From the NCBI GenBank assembly GCA_963737905.1, contig CAVTUQ010000002.1, positions 655,382 to 719,381 on the forward strand: a stretch of DNA of 64,000 bases, in the 5' to 3' direction. The DNA is from an uncultured delta proteobacterium (GTDB lineage Bacteria > Desulfobacterota > Binatia > UBA9968). Both the position numbers and the translations under genes were made by a program. Positions 51,810 through 62,106 of this stretch are shown here, piece by piece (positions within the stretch are counted from its first letter, which is position 1; every line of letters starts with the position of its first letter). The notes beneath the pieces are model-generated. The model was not told where the DNA came from, ran no database searches, and saw only the letters and a list, made by a program, of their open reading frames with translations.

Positions 51810-53187
51810 ATGTACAAAGAGGACACGATTGCGGCCATAGCCACGCCTGCCGGCGAAGGCGGAGTCGGCATCGTGCGCCTTAGCGGTCCCGGCGCGGAGC
51901 GAATTGCAACGGCGCTTTTCGTCAGGAGCGGAGGCAAAAACGGCAGGCTGAAATCGCACATGCTTCACTACGGTGCGATCCGGGATCCGAAGAGCGACAA
52001 AATCTTTGACCAGGTCTTGCTGACAATCATGCGCAAGCCGCGCAGCTACACCGGTGAGGACGTAGTAGAGGTTCATTGTCACGGTGGGGTTTTAGTGGTC
52101 CGTCGGATCTTAGGACTGATCCTTGCGCAAGGGGCGCGTCATGCTGAGCCGGGGGAATTTACCAAGCGTGCATTCCTCAACGGAAGACTCGATCTCGCGC
52201 AAGCTGAAGCTGTGCTCGACCTCATCGCGGCGCGCACGGAGAAAGGAGCTGATCTGGCACTGAGCCAGATCAAAGGTGATCTCTCCAATTGGATTGGTGA
52301 TTTGCGCGAACCATTGCTCGATATATTAGCTCAGGTTGAAGCAGCAATCGATTTTCCCGAGGAGGAACTTGAGCTTCTAGAACGTCCTGTCGCTAGTCCG
52401 CAAGATCGATGCCTTAAGATCAAAAATCACTGTAATCTTAGCTACTTACGAATGGGGAAGACTCCTTCGTGAAGGTGCCAAGGTATGCATCTGCGGTCGA
52501 CCCAATGTAGGTAAGTCGAGCTTGTTCAACGCCCTTTTGGGTGAGGAGCGCGTGATTGTTACAGCCATTGCTGGAACCACAAGAGACGTGATTGAAGAGT
52601 CCATTAGTCTTGACGGCCTGCCGGTTGTTTTATGGGACACAGCCGGAATTAGAGATACCGCGGATCAGGTCGAACAGATCGGTGTTAAACTTTCGCGCGA
52701 GCACCTTGAAAAATCGGAAGCGGTGGTGGTTGTGCTCGATGGTTCTGCATCGCTCACCGACGAGGATAAAATTTTTTTGTCCTCAACGACACACAAAATG
52801 GGTCTAATCGCAATCAATAAAATTGACCTCGAACTAAAAGTTGACCACGATCAGCTACGACAGATCGTCGGGGATAAAAAGATTGTGACGGTATCAGCAA
52901 AGCATGGTCACGGTATTCAAGAACTTAGAAAGTCTTTGCGTGAGACTGTCATGCCCATGGAAATTGAACCGCCCTTTGTTTTAACTAACGTTCGCCACAA
53001 GAGCGCCTTGTTATGCGGAGAGCAAGCTTTGGCTGATGCCGGTCTGGCCTTAGACACAGCGCAGGCACCCGAACTAGTTGCGGTGGCGTTACAACAAGCC
53101 CGAGAAAGTCTAGAAGAAGTTATTGGTGTGGTTCAGAATGACGATATTTTAGAACTTATTTTTAGCAAATTTTGCATTGGTAAATAA
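51810..53187 (+). CDS. mnmE: tRNA modification GTPase MnmE (one +1 frameshift at about 52390)
   Basis: DTIAAIATP, SYTGED, GEFTKRAFLNG; after the shift GRPNVGKSSL, GTTRD, DTAG, NKID, FCIGK. Confidence 0.95.
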
Positions 53188-53221
53188 CCACTTAGAATTT
53201 ATATCAGTTGTGATTATCAAA

Positions 53222-53237
53222 TGTTTCACGTGAAACT
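53222..53237. promoter_or_regulatory. parS site
   Basis: TGTTTCACGTGAAACT, 15/16 match to the consensus TGTTTCACGTGAAACA. Confidence 0.9.
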
Positions 53238-55112
53238 ATGAGAAACTCCAAGATTTATGACGTAATAGTGGTGGGAGCCGGCCATGCGGGTATAGAGGCA
53301 TGCCTTGCTGCAGCTCGCATGGGATGCAAAACACTCATGCTGACACTGAATCTCGATCATATCGGGCAGATGTCATGTAATCCAGCGATAGGTGGCATCG
53401 GTAAAGGCCACCTGGTCAAAGAGATCGATGCGCTCGGCGGCGAGATGGGGCACGCGATCGACGAGACCGGTATCCAATTTCGTACTTTGAACACAAAAAA
53501 AGGGCCGGCTGTTAGAGCGTCACGAGCTCAAGCAGACAAGGCTCTCTATCGCCAGCGGATGAAACGGGTTCTGGAGAATTGTCAAAATCTCACCTTACGG
53601 CAAGGAAGCGTTGAGAGGTTAATTGTTGAAGGCTCTGAGGTTAAGGGAGTCGACACGCAAATCGGCGAGCAGTTTTACGGGAGTCGCGTGATTTTAACAA
53701 CCGGGACCTTTCTCCGGGGACTAATTCATATCGGTGACAGAAATTTTGCTGCAGGCAGGGCGGGTGATTTTGCGGTCCAAGGTCTGAGTGAGGCACTTGC
53801 GAATCTCGGGTTTAAAGTGGGGAGACTCAAGACCGGCACTTGCCCTCGTTTAGATAGCCACTCCATCGATTATTCGAGACTACAAGTCCAGCATGGTGAC
53901 GAATCGCCGGTGCCGTTCTCTTTTGGCAATGGAGGAATCGTACAGCGGCAAGTGCCGTGTCATATAACGTACACAAACGATCGCACCCATGAAATTATTC
54001 GGTCTGCGGCTCACCGTTCCCCGATGTATTCCGGAACTATTAAAAGTCGAGGACCCCGCTACTGCCCGTCGATTGAAGACAAGATAGTTCGCTTCGCTGA
54101 CAAGGCGAGGCACCAGATTTTCTTGGAGCCGGAAGGTCTGACTACGGTTGAAGTTTATCCCAATGGTCTATCCACCAGTCTCCCGCTCGACGTTCAGGTT
54201 GAAATGGTTCGTTCTATTGATGGGCTGGAGCGGGCGGAGATAATGCGGCCCGGGTATGCGATCGAATACGATTATGTGGAGCCGACCCAGCTCTATCCGT
54301 CATTGGAGACTAAGCAAGTGCGACATCTTTACCACGCCGGCCAGATCAATGGCACAACCGGCTATGAAGAAGCCGCAGCACAAGGATTGATTGCCGGAAT
54401 TAATGCGGTTTTGAGTCTACGTGGCGAGCGGCCTCTGGTTCCATCCAGAGATCAGGCTTACCTCGGAGTGTTGATCGATGACCTGGTGACTAAAGGAACG
54501 GATGGAGAACCCTATAGGATGTTTACTTCCCGCGCCGAGTATAGACTTCTGTTACGGGAGGACAACGCCGATTTGAGACTGACTGAGATAGGTCATAACA
54601 TTGGTCTAGCGACAGCTGAAGCCCATCAAAGAGTGGCTGCCAAAAAAGCCAAGACGTCAAAGTTGATCGGGTTACTGGAAGAGAGGCAGATCAACCCGAC
54701 GATGGAAATCAATAAGAGACTAGAGGCTATCGGGTCGGCACCCATTCGGAATCAAACCTCGCTCGTTCAACTTTTGCGCCGGCCGGAAATATCGGTTTCT
54801 GATATTGCAATCTTCGCTGCAGAGCTCAACGGGTTTGCTCCAGATATCGCTTTGCAAGCCGAAGTTGAGGTCAAGTACGCCGGATATATTGACCGGCAGA
54901 CGGAGATGGTTGAGAGGTTTAAGAAGATTGAGAATGTCCACCTACCCGAAGATCTGAACTATTTGGACATCAAAGGTCTCTCAGCCGAGGTCTGCGAAAA
55001 GCTGACCAGAATAAAGCCAAGATCATTAGGCCAGGCCAGTCGGATTTCCGGAATCACTCCCGCAGCGGTATCGCTGCTTTCAATTTACTTGCGCAAGAGA
55101 AAAAGTGCCTAG
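53238..55112 (+). CDS. mnmG: tRNA uridine 5-carboxymethylaminomethyl modification enzyme MnmG (GidA)
   Basis: GAGHAG, MSCNPAIGG, GPRYCPSIEDK, AGQINGTTGYEEAAAQG, RMFTSRAEYRL. Confidence 0.99.
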   Translation: MRNSKIYDVIVVGAGHAGIEACLAAARMGCKTLMLTLNLDHIGQMSCNPAIGGIGKGHLVKEIDALGGEMGHAIDETGIQFRTLNTKKGPAVRASRAQADKALYRQRMKRVLENCQNLTLRQGSVERLIVEGSEVKGVDTQIGEQFYGSRVILTTGTFLRGLIHIGDRNFAAGRAGDFAVQGLSEALANLGFKVGRLKTGTCPRLDSHSIDYSRLQVQHGDESPVPFSFGNGGIVQRQVPCHITYTNDRTHEIIRSAAHRSPMYSGTIKSRGPRYCPSIEDKIVRFADKARHQIFLEPEGLTTVEVYPNGLSTSLPLDVQVEMVRSIDGLERAEIMRPGYAIEYDYVEPTQLYPSLETKQVRHLYHAGQINGTTGYEEAAAQGLIAGINAVLSLRGERPLVPSRDQAYLGVLIDDLVTKGTDGEPYRMFTSRAEYRLLLREDNADLRLTEIGHNIGLATAEAHQRVAAKKAKTSKLIGLLEERQINPTMEINKRLEAIGSAPIRNQTSLVQLLRRPEISVSDIAIFAAELNGFAPDIALQAEVEVKYAGYIDRQTEMVERFKKIENVHLPEDLNYLDIKGLSAEVCEKLTRIKPRSLGQASRISGITPAAVSLLSIYLRKRKSA

Positions 55113-55156
55113 CACACCGCTGAAAAAGTTGATAGCGGAGTTACAGACTACTTCTC

Positions 55157-55172
55157 TGTTTCACGTGAAACG
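55157..55172. promoter_or_regulatory. parS site
   Basis: TGTTTCACGTGAAACG upstream of parA. Confidence 0.9.
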
Positions 55173-55263
55173 AAATTATCTTCCAATTCTGCACAGTTTG
55201 TGATAATACACAGACACGTTAGAAAATTAAAATCAGTAAGTAACTGAATTTAAAGGCCTATTT

Positions 55264-56058
55264 GTGAGCAAAGTAATTGCCGTTGCCAACCAGAAAGGGG
55301 GCGTGGGCAAGACTACTACTTCCATTAATTTAGCAGCATCCCTTGCTGTCCAAGGTAAGGGGAGTCTCTTGCTCGACCTTGACCCGCAGGGCAATACTAC
55401 GACAGGACTTGGTATTGACCGGTCGCAGTTATCAGCCAGCCTTTATGATGTACTCGCGGGTGCACGCTCTCTGTTTGATGTCCTTCAACAAACAGAATTA
55501 GCACACCTGTCCATCGTGCCCTCGACAAAAGATCTAGTCGGCGCGGAAATCGAATTAGTGGGCGCTGAACGCCGGGAATATCGAATCAAAGATGCTTTGG
55601 TTTCAATCCATGATCGCTACGATTATGTTTTTCTCGATTGTCCTCCCTCATTGGGCCTCTTGACGGTGAATGCCCTAACCGCGGCTGATTCTCTGTTGGT
55701 TCCGATTCAAAGCGAGTATTACGCCCTGGAGGGATTGAGCTCGCTACTCGAGACGATGAATCTCGTTCAAAGGGGACTCAACCCCAAGCTTCGGTTGGAG
55801 GGAATTGTAATCACGATGTTCGATGGTCGAAACCGAATTTCACACCAAGTTGTCGAGGAGGTGCGTTCCCATTTTCCCGACAAACTTTTTCAAACTATTA
55901 TCCGGAGGAATGTCCGCCTGAGTGAAAGTCCGAGCTATGGGAAGCCGGTCTATTTGTACGACATTACTTCGACGGGATCGCAAGACTATTTAGAGTTGGC
56001 GAAGGAACTCATCAGTCATGGAGAAATCAATGTCACTACCGAAAAAAGGGTTGGGTAG
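55264..56058 (+). CDS. parA: Chromosome partitioning ATPase ParA/Soj
   Basis: NQKGGVGKTT, DLDPQGN, DCPPSLG, EYYALEG. Confidence 0.97.
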   Translation: MSKVIAVANQKGGVGKTTTSINLAASLAVQGKGSLLLDLDPQGNTTTGLGIDRSQLSASLYDVLAGARSLFDVLQQTELAHLSIVPSTKDLVGAEIELVGAERREYRIKDALVSIHDRYDYVFLDCPPSLGLLTVNALTAADSLLVPIQSEYYALEGLSSLLETMNLVQRGLNPKLRLEGIVITMFDGRNRISHQVVEEVRSHFPDKLFQTIIRRNVRLSESPSYGKPVYLYDITSTGSQDYLELAKELISHGEINVTTEKRVG

Positions 56059-56911
56059 AGGGCTCAGCGCGCTGATTCCCGGGGCGTCCGAGCCAAGAAT
56101 TGAGACAGACAGCGAAGCTCTCAGCTTTCGAGTTGAAGTCGATAGGATAACACCAAGTCCCTTTCAACCTCGACGGACGTTCGATGACGCGAAAATTGAG
56201 GAGCTCGCCACTTCGATACGAAACCAAGGCATCATTCAGCCGCTGGTAGTCCGACGCAACGGTGACGGATATGAATTGATCGCCGGAGAGCGCCGGTGGC
56301 GGGCCGCGATGAGAGCGGGATTAACTCACGTGCCCATCGTCCTGCGTGACGCAAGCGATCACGAAGCGCTTCAGCTGGCTCTGGTCGAAAACCTACAACG
56401 TGAGGATCTCAATCCCATCGAGGAAGCCAACGGCTATCGTCGGCTGCAAGAAGAGTTCCATTGGAGCCAAGAAGAGATGGCCGAAAAAGTTGGCAAGAGC
56501 CGGCCAGCCATTGCCAACTCAATGCGTCTTCTCTCGCTTCCTACGGAAGTTCAGCAAGAAGTGACAGCGGGCAATCTACCGGCAGGCCAGGCCAGAGCGT
56601 TGCTCGGATTGCACAGCGAACCCGTGATCCTTTCTGCGTGTCGTGAAGTGATTGCCAAGGGATTGTCAACACGCGACACGGAAAAGCTGGTTCGCCACCT
56701 CACATCCGGTCGAAAAAGACGACGGATCCCGTTTCTCGATCCTGATCTTCGCTCAGTTGTTGAAGAATTGCAGCGCTTGTTGGGGACCAGAGTAAGACTC
56801 TTGCCAAAGGCGAGATCGGCACGGGGCAAGATTGAGATCGAGTACTATTCGCTGCCCGATCTGGATCGCATCATTCAAACCATCCAAAAAAATCCCCCGC
56901 TTCCCTCATGA
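56030..56911 (+). CDS. parB: Chromosome partitioning protein ParB/Spo0J
   Basis: GLGRGLSALI, QPR, AGERRWRA, ENLQREDL, GKSR HTH. Confidence 0.97.
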   Translation: MSLPKKGLGRGLSALIPGASEPRIETDSEALSFRVEVDRITPSPFQPRRTFDDAKIEELATSIRNQGIIQPLVVRRNGDGYELIAGERRWRAAMRAGLTHVPIVLRDASDHEALQLALVENLQREDLNPIEEANGYRRLQEEFHWSQEEMAEKVGKSRPAIANSMRLLSLPTEVQQEVTAGNLPAGQARALLGLHSEPVILSACREVIAKGLSTRDTEKLVRHLTSGRKRRRIPFLDPDLRSVVEELQRLLGTRVRLLPKARSARGKIEIEYYSLPDLDRIIQTIQKNPPLPS

Positions 56912-56963
56912 CAGAGACACGATCGCAGCGAAAGCTGGTGGGAGCGGTCGTTCAAAATATTTT

Positions 56964-59022
56964 TTAGGCGTCGAGAAGCGGCTTTAGCTCCTCCCAATCG
57001 ACCACCGGGCGGGAGCAAGTAAAATTATGACAAACGTATACGGTCGGTTTTCTCTCGATTTGTTTTTTGCCGGCAAGCAGGGACGAAAATTTCTCGAGAG
57101 CGTCGTCCGGACTTGCCAGCTGCAACGTCATATTGGGCAAGTACTGCGAATGAATTTTGGCCAATAGTTCCGCAGTCTCCGGGTCTTTCTTGTCTCCCAC
57201 CAAGACGACTTCCTTCGGTTTCTGAAGGTAAAAGTCCAAGGCCGCGAGCATATGGGCAAAACCGAAGGGTTGATTTTCCATGGCGTTATAATATGCTCGT
57301 AAAACCCTCTCGGCGCGTTTCAAGTAATCCTCTTTTCCCGTATAGTGATACAGTCTCAGTAATACATGGGTCGCCACAGCGTTTCCTGACGGAATCGAGC
57401 CGTCGAAGATCGGTTTTGATTGCGCAATCAGTCGTTCGTGAGAGCGCCCGGTGTAAAAAAAACCGCCTCCCGCTTCATCCCAAAACTCCTGCAACATGAT
57501 TCCAGCGAGTTCCAAGGCGCGGTCCAAGTGTGCACGATTCACCGTTGCCTCGAAAAGGTCCAAGAGCCCCGCCGCTAAGAAAGCATAGTCATCGAGATAT
57601 CCTAGTATCTTGGCGGTTCCGCTCTTGTAGGTGTGTAGCAAATGGCGGTCACGGAACATCTTGGTGAAAATGAAATCCACCGTGCGATCGGCCGCCTCTA
57701 AATAGGCCGGATGCCGGGAAATTTTTATAGCCGCCGCAAATCCGGAAAGCATGAGCCCATTCCATGACGTCAAAATCTTTTCGTCGCGGAATGGCTTGGG
57801 CCTCTTCTCTCGTTCTTGGAAGAGCTTCCCTTTAGCATCCGATACCAGGGTCTCGATTTCTCTAAAGTCGCGCCGGAATAACTTACTTGCTTGTTCCAAG
57901 GTCAGAATCGGATGGAGAATATTCTTTTCCTCGAAGTTACCCTCTTCACTTACATCGTAAATGCGGCAGAAAATCTCGCTCGCTTCCTCGCCGAGAATTT
58001 GCCGGATCTCTTTTTCAGTCCAGACGAAGAATTTTCCTTCTTTCCCTTCGCTGTCGGCATCCTGCGTCGAGTAGAATCCACCCTCGGTGTGAAGCATCTC
58101 GCGCATCAGGTAGGTCATCGTTTCATCGACCACTTGCTTGAAAAGAGGCTCTCCCGTGACGCAATAGACCTCGGCATAAATGCGAACGAGCTGGGCGTTG
58201 TCGTAGAGCATTTTCTCGAAATGGGGCACGAGCCATTTCTCGTCCACCGAATAGCGGTGAAATCCACCGCCTAAATGATCGTAGATTCCCCCCTGGGCCA
58301 TCTTGATTAGGGTGTGGGTCACCATCTCGAGAAATCGGTTCGCCTTTGGAGTGGTGGTAATGCCGCAAAAAAAGCTCATAGACACCCACATTGGGAAATT
58401 TTGGCGCCTTACCCAGCCCGCCATGGTTGCTATCGTAGGCTTGGGCTAGTTGTTCAGCGCTTTGAGCGATGATCTCAGGCGAAAATGGCTGCTGACTTTC
58501 CGTGGATAGAGACATTCGCTGCAGCGCCGCGAGAATCTGTTCGACGCTTCTCTCGACATCCTGGGGTTTTTCACGATAGGCGTTGGCCACGCCCTGCAAG
58601 ATTTTTGGGAATCCCGGAACTCCGTATCGGTCTTCCGGTGGAAAATAGGTGCCGCCGTAGAACGGCTTGCCTTCGGGCGTCAGGAAAACCGTCATGGGCC
58701 AGCCGCCGCGGCCTGTCAGCATCTGTACGGCATTCATGTAAATTTCATCAAGATCCGGCCGCTCTTCGCGATCGACTTTGATATTGACGAAGAGATCGTT
58801 CATGAGAGCGGCGATCTTTTCGTCTTCGAAAGATTCACGTTCCATTACGTGGCACCAGTGACAGGCGGAGTAACCGATACTTAGGAGGATCGGCCGGTTT
58901 TCACTTTTGGCTTTTTGGAAGGCCTCGTCGCCCCATGGGTACCAATCCACTGGATTGTGGGCGTGCTGGAGCAGATAGGGGCTTGTCTCATGAACGAGGT
59001 GATTGGTATGTTTGCGTTCCAT
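56964..59022 (-). CDS. YyaL-like thioredoxin domain + (alpha/alpha)6 protein (one +1 frameshift at about 58340)
   Basis: [30 protein letters not shown]; then [31 protein letters not shown]. Confidence 0.92.
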
Positions 59023-59056
59023 TACCAAGAGGCTAACACAATCAACCGTATGCCGA

Positions 59057-59353
59057 CTAGTGCGATAGGCTGGAAAGCATGGCGGCGATTTTTAGCGTGT
59101 TGGCATCCTGGTCCCCGTAAGCGTTGTGCAGCAGCTCGCGGACTTTTTTTAGAAGGGTCACATAGTCCGACTGAATTTCGCTTCTCACTTCGCTCGCGAG
59201 ATTTTTGAACTCATGGTCGATATTCTGTAACCAGTTGGGAAGGTAACTCTTCTCGACCTTTTCTTCGGCGTAAAGATAACCCTCTAAAGAACCCAATCGC
59301 GACGCGAGATCAAACAGCAAACAATTGGCCGATAGGGATTGAAACTTGTCCAT
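59057..59353 (-). CDS. Hypothetical helical protein
   Basis: SD AAGGAGG, clean 98-aa ORF between the cold-shock gene and yyaL. Confidence 0.65.
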   Translation of the reverse strand: MDKFQSLSANCLLFDLASRLGSLEGYLYAEEKVEKSYLPNWLQNIDHEFKNLASEVRSEIQSDYVTLLKKVRELLHNAYGDQDANTLKIAAMLSSLSH

Positions 59354-59390
59354 CGCAATCCTCCTTTTTCATCCAAGGTCCGGCTACCGT

Positions 59391-59594
59391 TCAGCGGACC
59401 TTCAGATCAAGGGCGACAGGACCCTTCTCGCCTTTTCGAGTCTGAAACTGCACGGTGTCGCCCTCATTAAAGTCCTCAAGCTGGGTTCGAGGAGCGAGAC
59501 TTCCACGGTGAAAAAACACGTCTTCGCTGCCGTCGTCAGGAGTGATGAATCCAAACCCCTTCTGTCGGATGATTTTCTTGATCGTTCCGGTCAT
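59391..59594 (-). CDS. Cold-shock domain protein
   Basis: KGFGFI (RNP1), DVFFH (RNP2), KGP.A. Confidence 0.93.
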   Translation of the reverse strand: MTGTIKKIIRQKGFGFITPDDGSEDVFFHRGSLAPRTQLEDFNEGDTVQFQTRKGEKGPVALDLKVR

Positions 59595-59719
59595 AACCAG
59601 CTTCTCCCCTCTTTTATGCTGCTTATTGTTTGAGCCCCTTCAATCGGATCCGTTCCTTGACAACTCTCCACTCGCATCCTAGGCTTGGATGTTTCCGAAT
59701 ACATACATCCAAAAGCAAC

Positions 59720-60796
59720 TTGAGTTCAATTCTTTACTATATTACCGGCCATGGGTATGGGCATGCAGTTCGTTCCAGCCAAGTCATTGGCAGTCTGAAA
59801 AAGACCTTTCCAGATCTGAAGATTCACGTTCGTACCACGGCCCCTGAATGGCTCTTCCAGGGTCGCGTTTTTCACTCTCGCCAGGCGATTGACGTTGGAA
59901 TAATCCAAAAAGATAGTCTGGATATGGACCTTGATGGAACATTGCGGGCCTGCCAAGCAGCGCATGTCAACGTTACACGTACTATTCTGCAAGAAATTGA
60001 TTTCATTAAACAAAACCAGATTCGTCTGATTGTGGGCGATATTCCGCCACTCTGTTTCGAGATCGCGACGCGAGCGTCGGTGGGTTCTGTGGCGATCGGA
60101 AATTTCACATGGAGCGAGATCTATCGCGCTTATATCAAGAACTATCCCGGCTTCAAATCGCTCGTTAGCGAGATGGAAGCGTTTTATCGCAACGCAACCC
60201 TGGCTTTAACCCTCCCCTATCCTTGCGGCATGGATGTCTTTCCCCGGCGGGAGGCCATACCCTGGATCACCCGGACATCCTTGTTAACCAAGGGACAGGC
60301 GCGGCAGGCCTTTCGCTTACCCCAATCCGCCACGATTGTTCTGTTAAGTTTTGGTGGCTTGGGGTTGGAACGTCTGCCGTGGAGTAACTTGAAGCAGCTG
60401 AGCGAGTTTTTCTTTGTGACGACCGGGGAAACCAAGCAAGCCATCAACAATGTCCGCTTCTTGCCGGAAGCCCAGCACAAGTATGAAGACCTCGTCCGGG
60501 CTGCAGATGTTGTAGTTACCAAGCCAGGGTATGGAATTGTCGCGGATGTCATTTCCCATCAAGTACGGATCTTGTATACACGACGTGGCGAGTTTGCTGA
60601 GTATTCGCACTTGGTACAAGCCCTGGACGAATATACGACAAGTGAGTTCATACCCCAGGAGCAATTATTATCCGGGAACATAGGATCCTACTTGACGCGG
60701 CTGTTAAATAAACAACAAAGTTGGCCCGTCACGCCAATCGACGGTGCAGAAATCGCCGCGGCAAAAATTCTAGCGTTGATTGAGCGCGCTTCATAG
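59720..60796 (+). CDS. GT-B fold glycosyltransferase-like protein (resembles the L-arabinokinase N-terminal domain)
   Basis: YYITGHGYGHAVR, DVGIIQ.D, GDIPP, NFTW, VVTKPGYG, R..FAE; start uncertain (TTG 59720). Confidence 0.75.
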   Translation: MSSILYYITGHGYGHAVRSSQVIGSLKKTFPDLKIHVRTTAPEWLFQGRVFHSRQAIDVGIIQKDSLDMDLDGTLRACQAAHVNVTRTILQEIDFIKQNQIRLIVGDIPPLCFEIATRASVGSVAIGNFTWSEIYRAYIKNYPGFKSLVSEMEAFYRNATLALTLPYPCGMDVFPRREAIPWITRTSLLTKGQARQAFRLPQSATIVLLSFGGLGLERLPWSNLKQLSEFFFVTTGETKQAINNVRFLPEAQHKYEDLVRAADVVVTKPGYGIVADVISHQVRILYTRRGEFAEYSHLVQALDEYTTSEFIPQEQLLSGNIGSYLTRLLNKQQSWPVTPIDGAEIAAAKILALIERAS

Positions 60797-60900
60797 ACAT
60801 CAAAACTAATTGAGTCGAGTTTCGTTTTCTTGGAGCTATCGTGACTCTTGTGGTGTGTATTGACAGGGTTACATCGATCTTACAAACTTGAAGCATACCC

Positions 60901-61848
60901 ATGGCAATACGCAAGGTCATCATAGCACAGCCGCGGGGCTACTGTGCGGGCGTAGAGATGGCCGTGGAGACTGTGGAACGAACGCTGCAGCGACACGGCG
61001 CGCCGGTTTACGTGTTCCATGAAATCGTTCACAACCAGCATGTAGTCCAAGACTTTACCCGGCGCGGCGTGCGTTTTGTGCAATCTATCGATGATGTGCC
61101 TGCCGGTGCCAAGTTGGTTTTTAGCGCCCACGGCGTTTCCCCAGAGGTATGGCAGAAAGCCAAAGAGAAACAAGTCGAAATTGTCATTGATGCAACCTGT
61201 CCTCTGGTCGAAAAGGTCCATCGCGAGGTGCGAAAATTCGCCGCGCAAGGATATTGGATCATATTGGTCGGTCATGAACGTCACGATGAGATCGTCGGAA
61301 CAAGTGGGGAAGCGCCAGAGCGAATCCGGATCGTAGCTGACGTTGAAGATGCGAGGGCTGTCGATATTCCGGATCCTGACAAGGTCGTTGTGTTGACTCA
61401 AACCACGCTGAGCGTCGATGATACGCGCGAGATTGTAACCGCCTTGAAGGAAAGATTTCCCGGCATGATCACGCCGGCGAAAGAAGACATCTGTTATGCG
61501 ACCCAAAACCGGCAGGACGCAGTGAAGCAACTGGCTGGAGAAGTAGATTTGGTTCTTGTGATTGGCTCGCGTAACAGTGAAAACTCAAACCAACTTTGCA
61601 AAGTGGCGCGCGCTTGCGGGACGACCGCCTACCTTGTCGACGATCGTCATGCCATTGATCCGAGCTGGCTCTCGGGGGTGGAACGGGTCGGCATAACATC
61701 CGGCGCTTCGGCTCCTGAAACGCTGGTTCAGGAGATCAGCGACTTTTTCAAAGAGCAAGGTGCCGAAATCACCTACCTTGGTTTTGTGGAAGAGAACATT
61801 CACTTCGCCCTGCCTCCCGAGGTTACATCGGAAAATCTGCCGCATTGA
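60901..61848 (+). CDS. ispH: 4-hydroxy-3-methylbut-2-enyl diphosphate reductase
   Basis: PRGYCAGV, EIVHN, SAHG, DATCPLV, QTTL, ICYATQNRQ, SGASAP. Confidence 0.97.
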   Translation: MAIRKVIIAQPRGYCAGVEMAVETVERTLQRHGAPVYVFHEIVHNQHVVQDFTRRGVRFVQSIDDVPAGAKLVFSAHGVSPEVWQKAKEKQVEIVIDATCPLVEKVHREVRKFAAQGYWIILVGHERHDEIVGTSGEAPERIRIVADVEDARAVDIPDPDKVVVLTQTTLSVDDTREIVTALKERFPGMITPAKEDICYATQNRQDAVKQLAGEVDLVLVIGSRNSENSNQLCKVARACGTTAYLVDDRHAIDPSWLSGVERVGITSGASAPETLVQEISDFFKEQGAEITYLGFVEENIHFALPPEVTSENLPH

Positions 61849-61910
61849 CCGGGCTTCTAGCCGTCAACAAGTTCCGTGGGCTTCGATTTAACATACCCTT
61901 CGTTTTGATT

Positions 61911-61977
61911 TGCCTACTTATTATGCACTTGCCTTTTAGCTAGGCAAAAGGGGATTGCATAATTTCTTATGCAATCC
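61911..61977 (+). promoter_or_regulatory. Putative NtrC-type upstream activator sites
   Basis: TGC-N11-GCA at 61911-61927 and 61930-61946; palindrome GGATTGCATAA-TTTC-TTATGCAATCC at 61952-61977. Confidence 0.6.
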
Positions 61978-62019
61978 ACATATTACTGATAAGAAAAGAT
62001 AAAATGAAATTATCATCTA

Positions 62020-62034
62020 TGGCACATATGTTGC
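62020..62034 (+). promoter_or_regulatory. sigma54 -24/-12 promoter of amtB-glnA
   Basis: TGGCAC-ATATG-TTGC, exact consensus spacing. Confidence 0.85.
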
Positions 62035-62106
62035 CCTACCCTACCAAAATTACCTTTTTTTTCTCTCAATAGATTATTTTTTGAGCAGAGAAAGGGAGGA
62101 CCGGTC

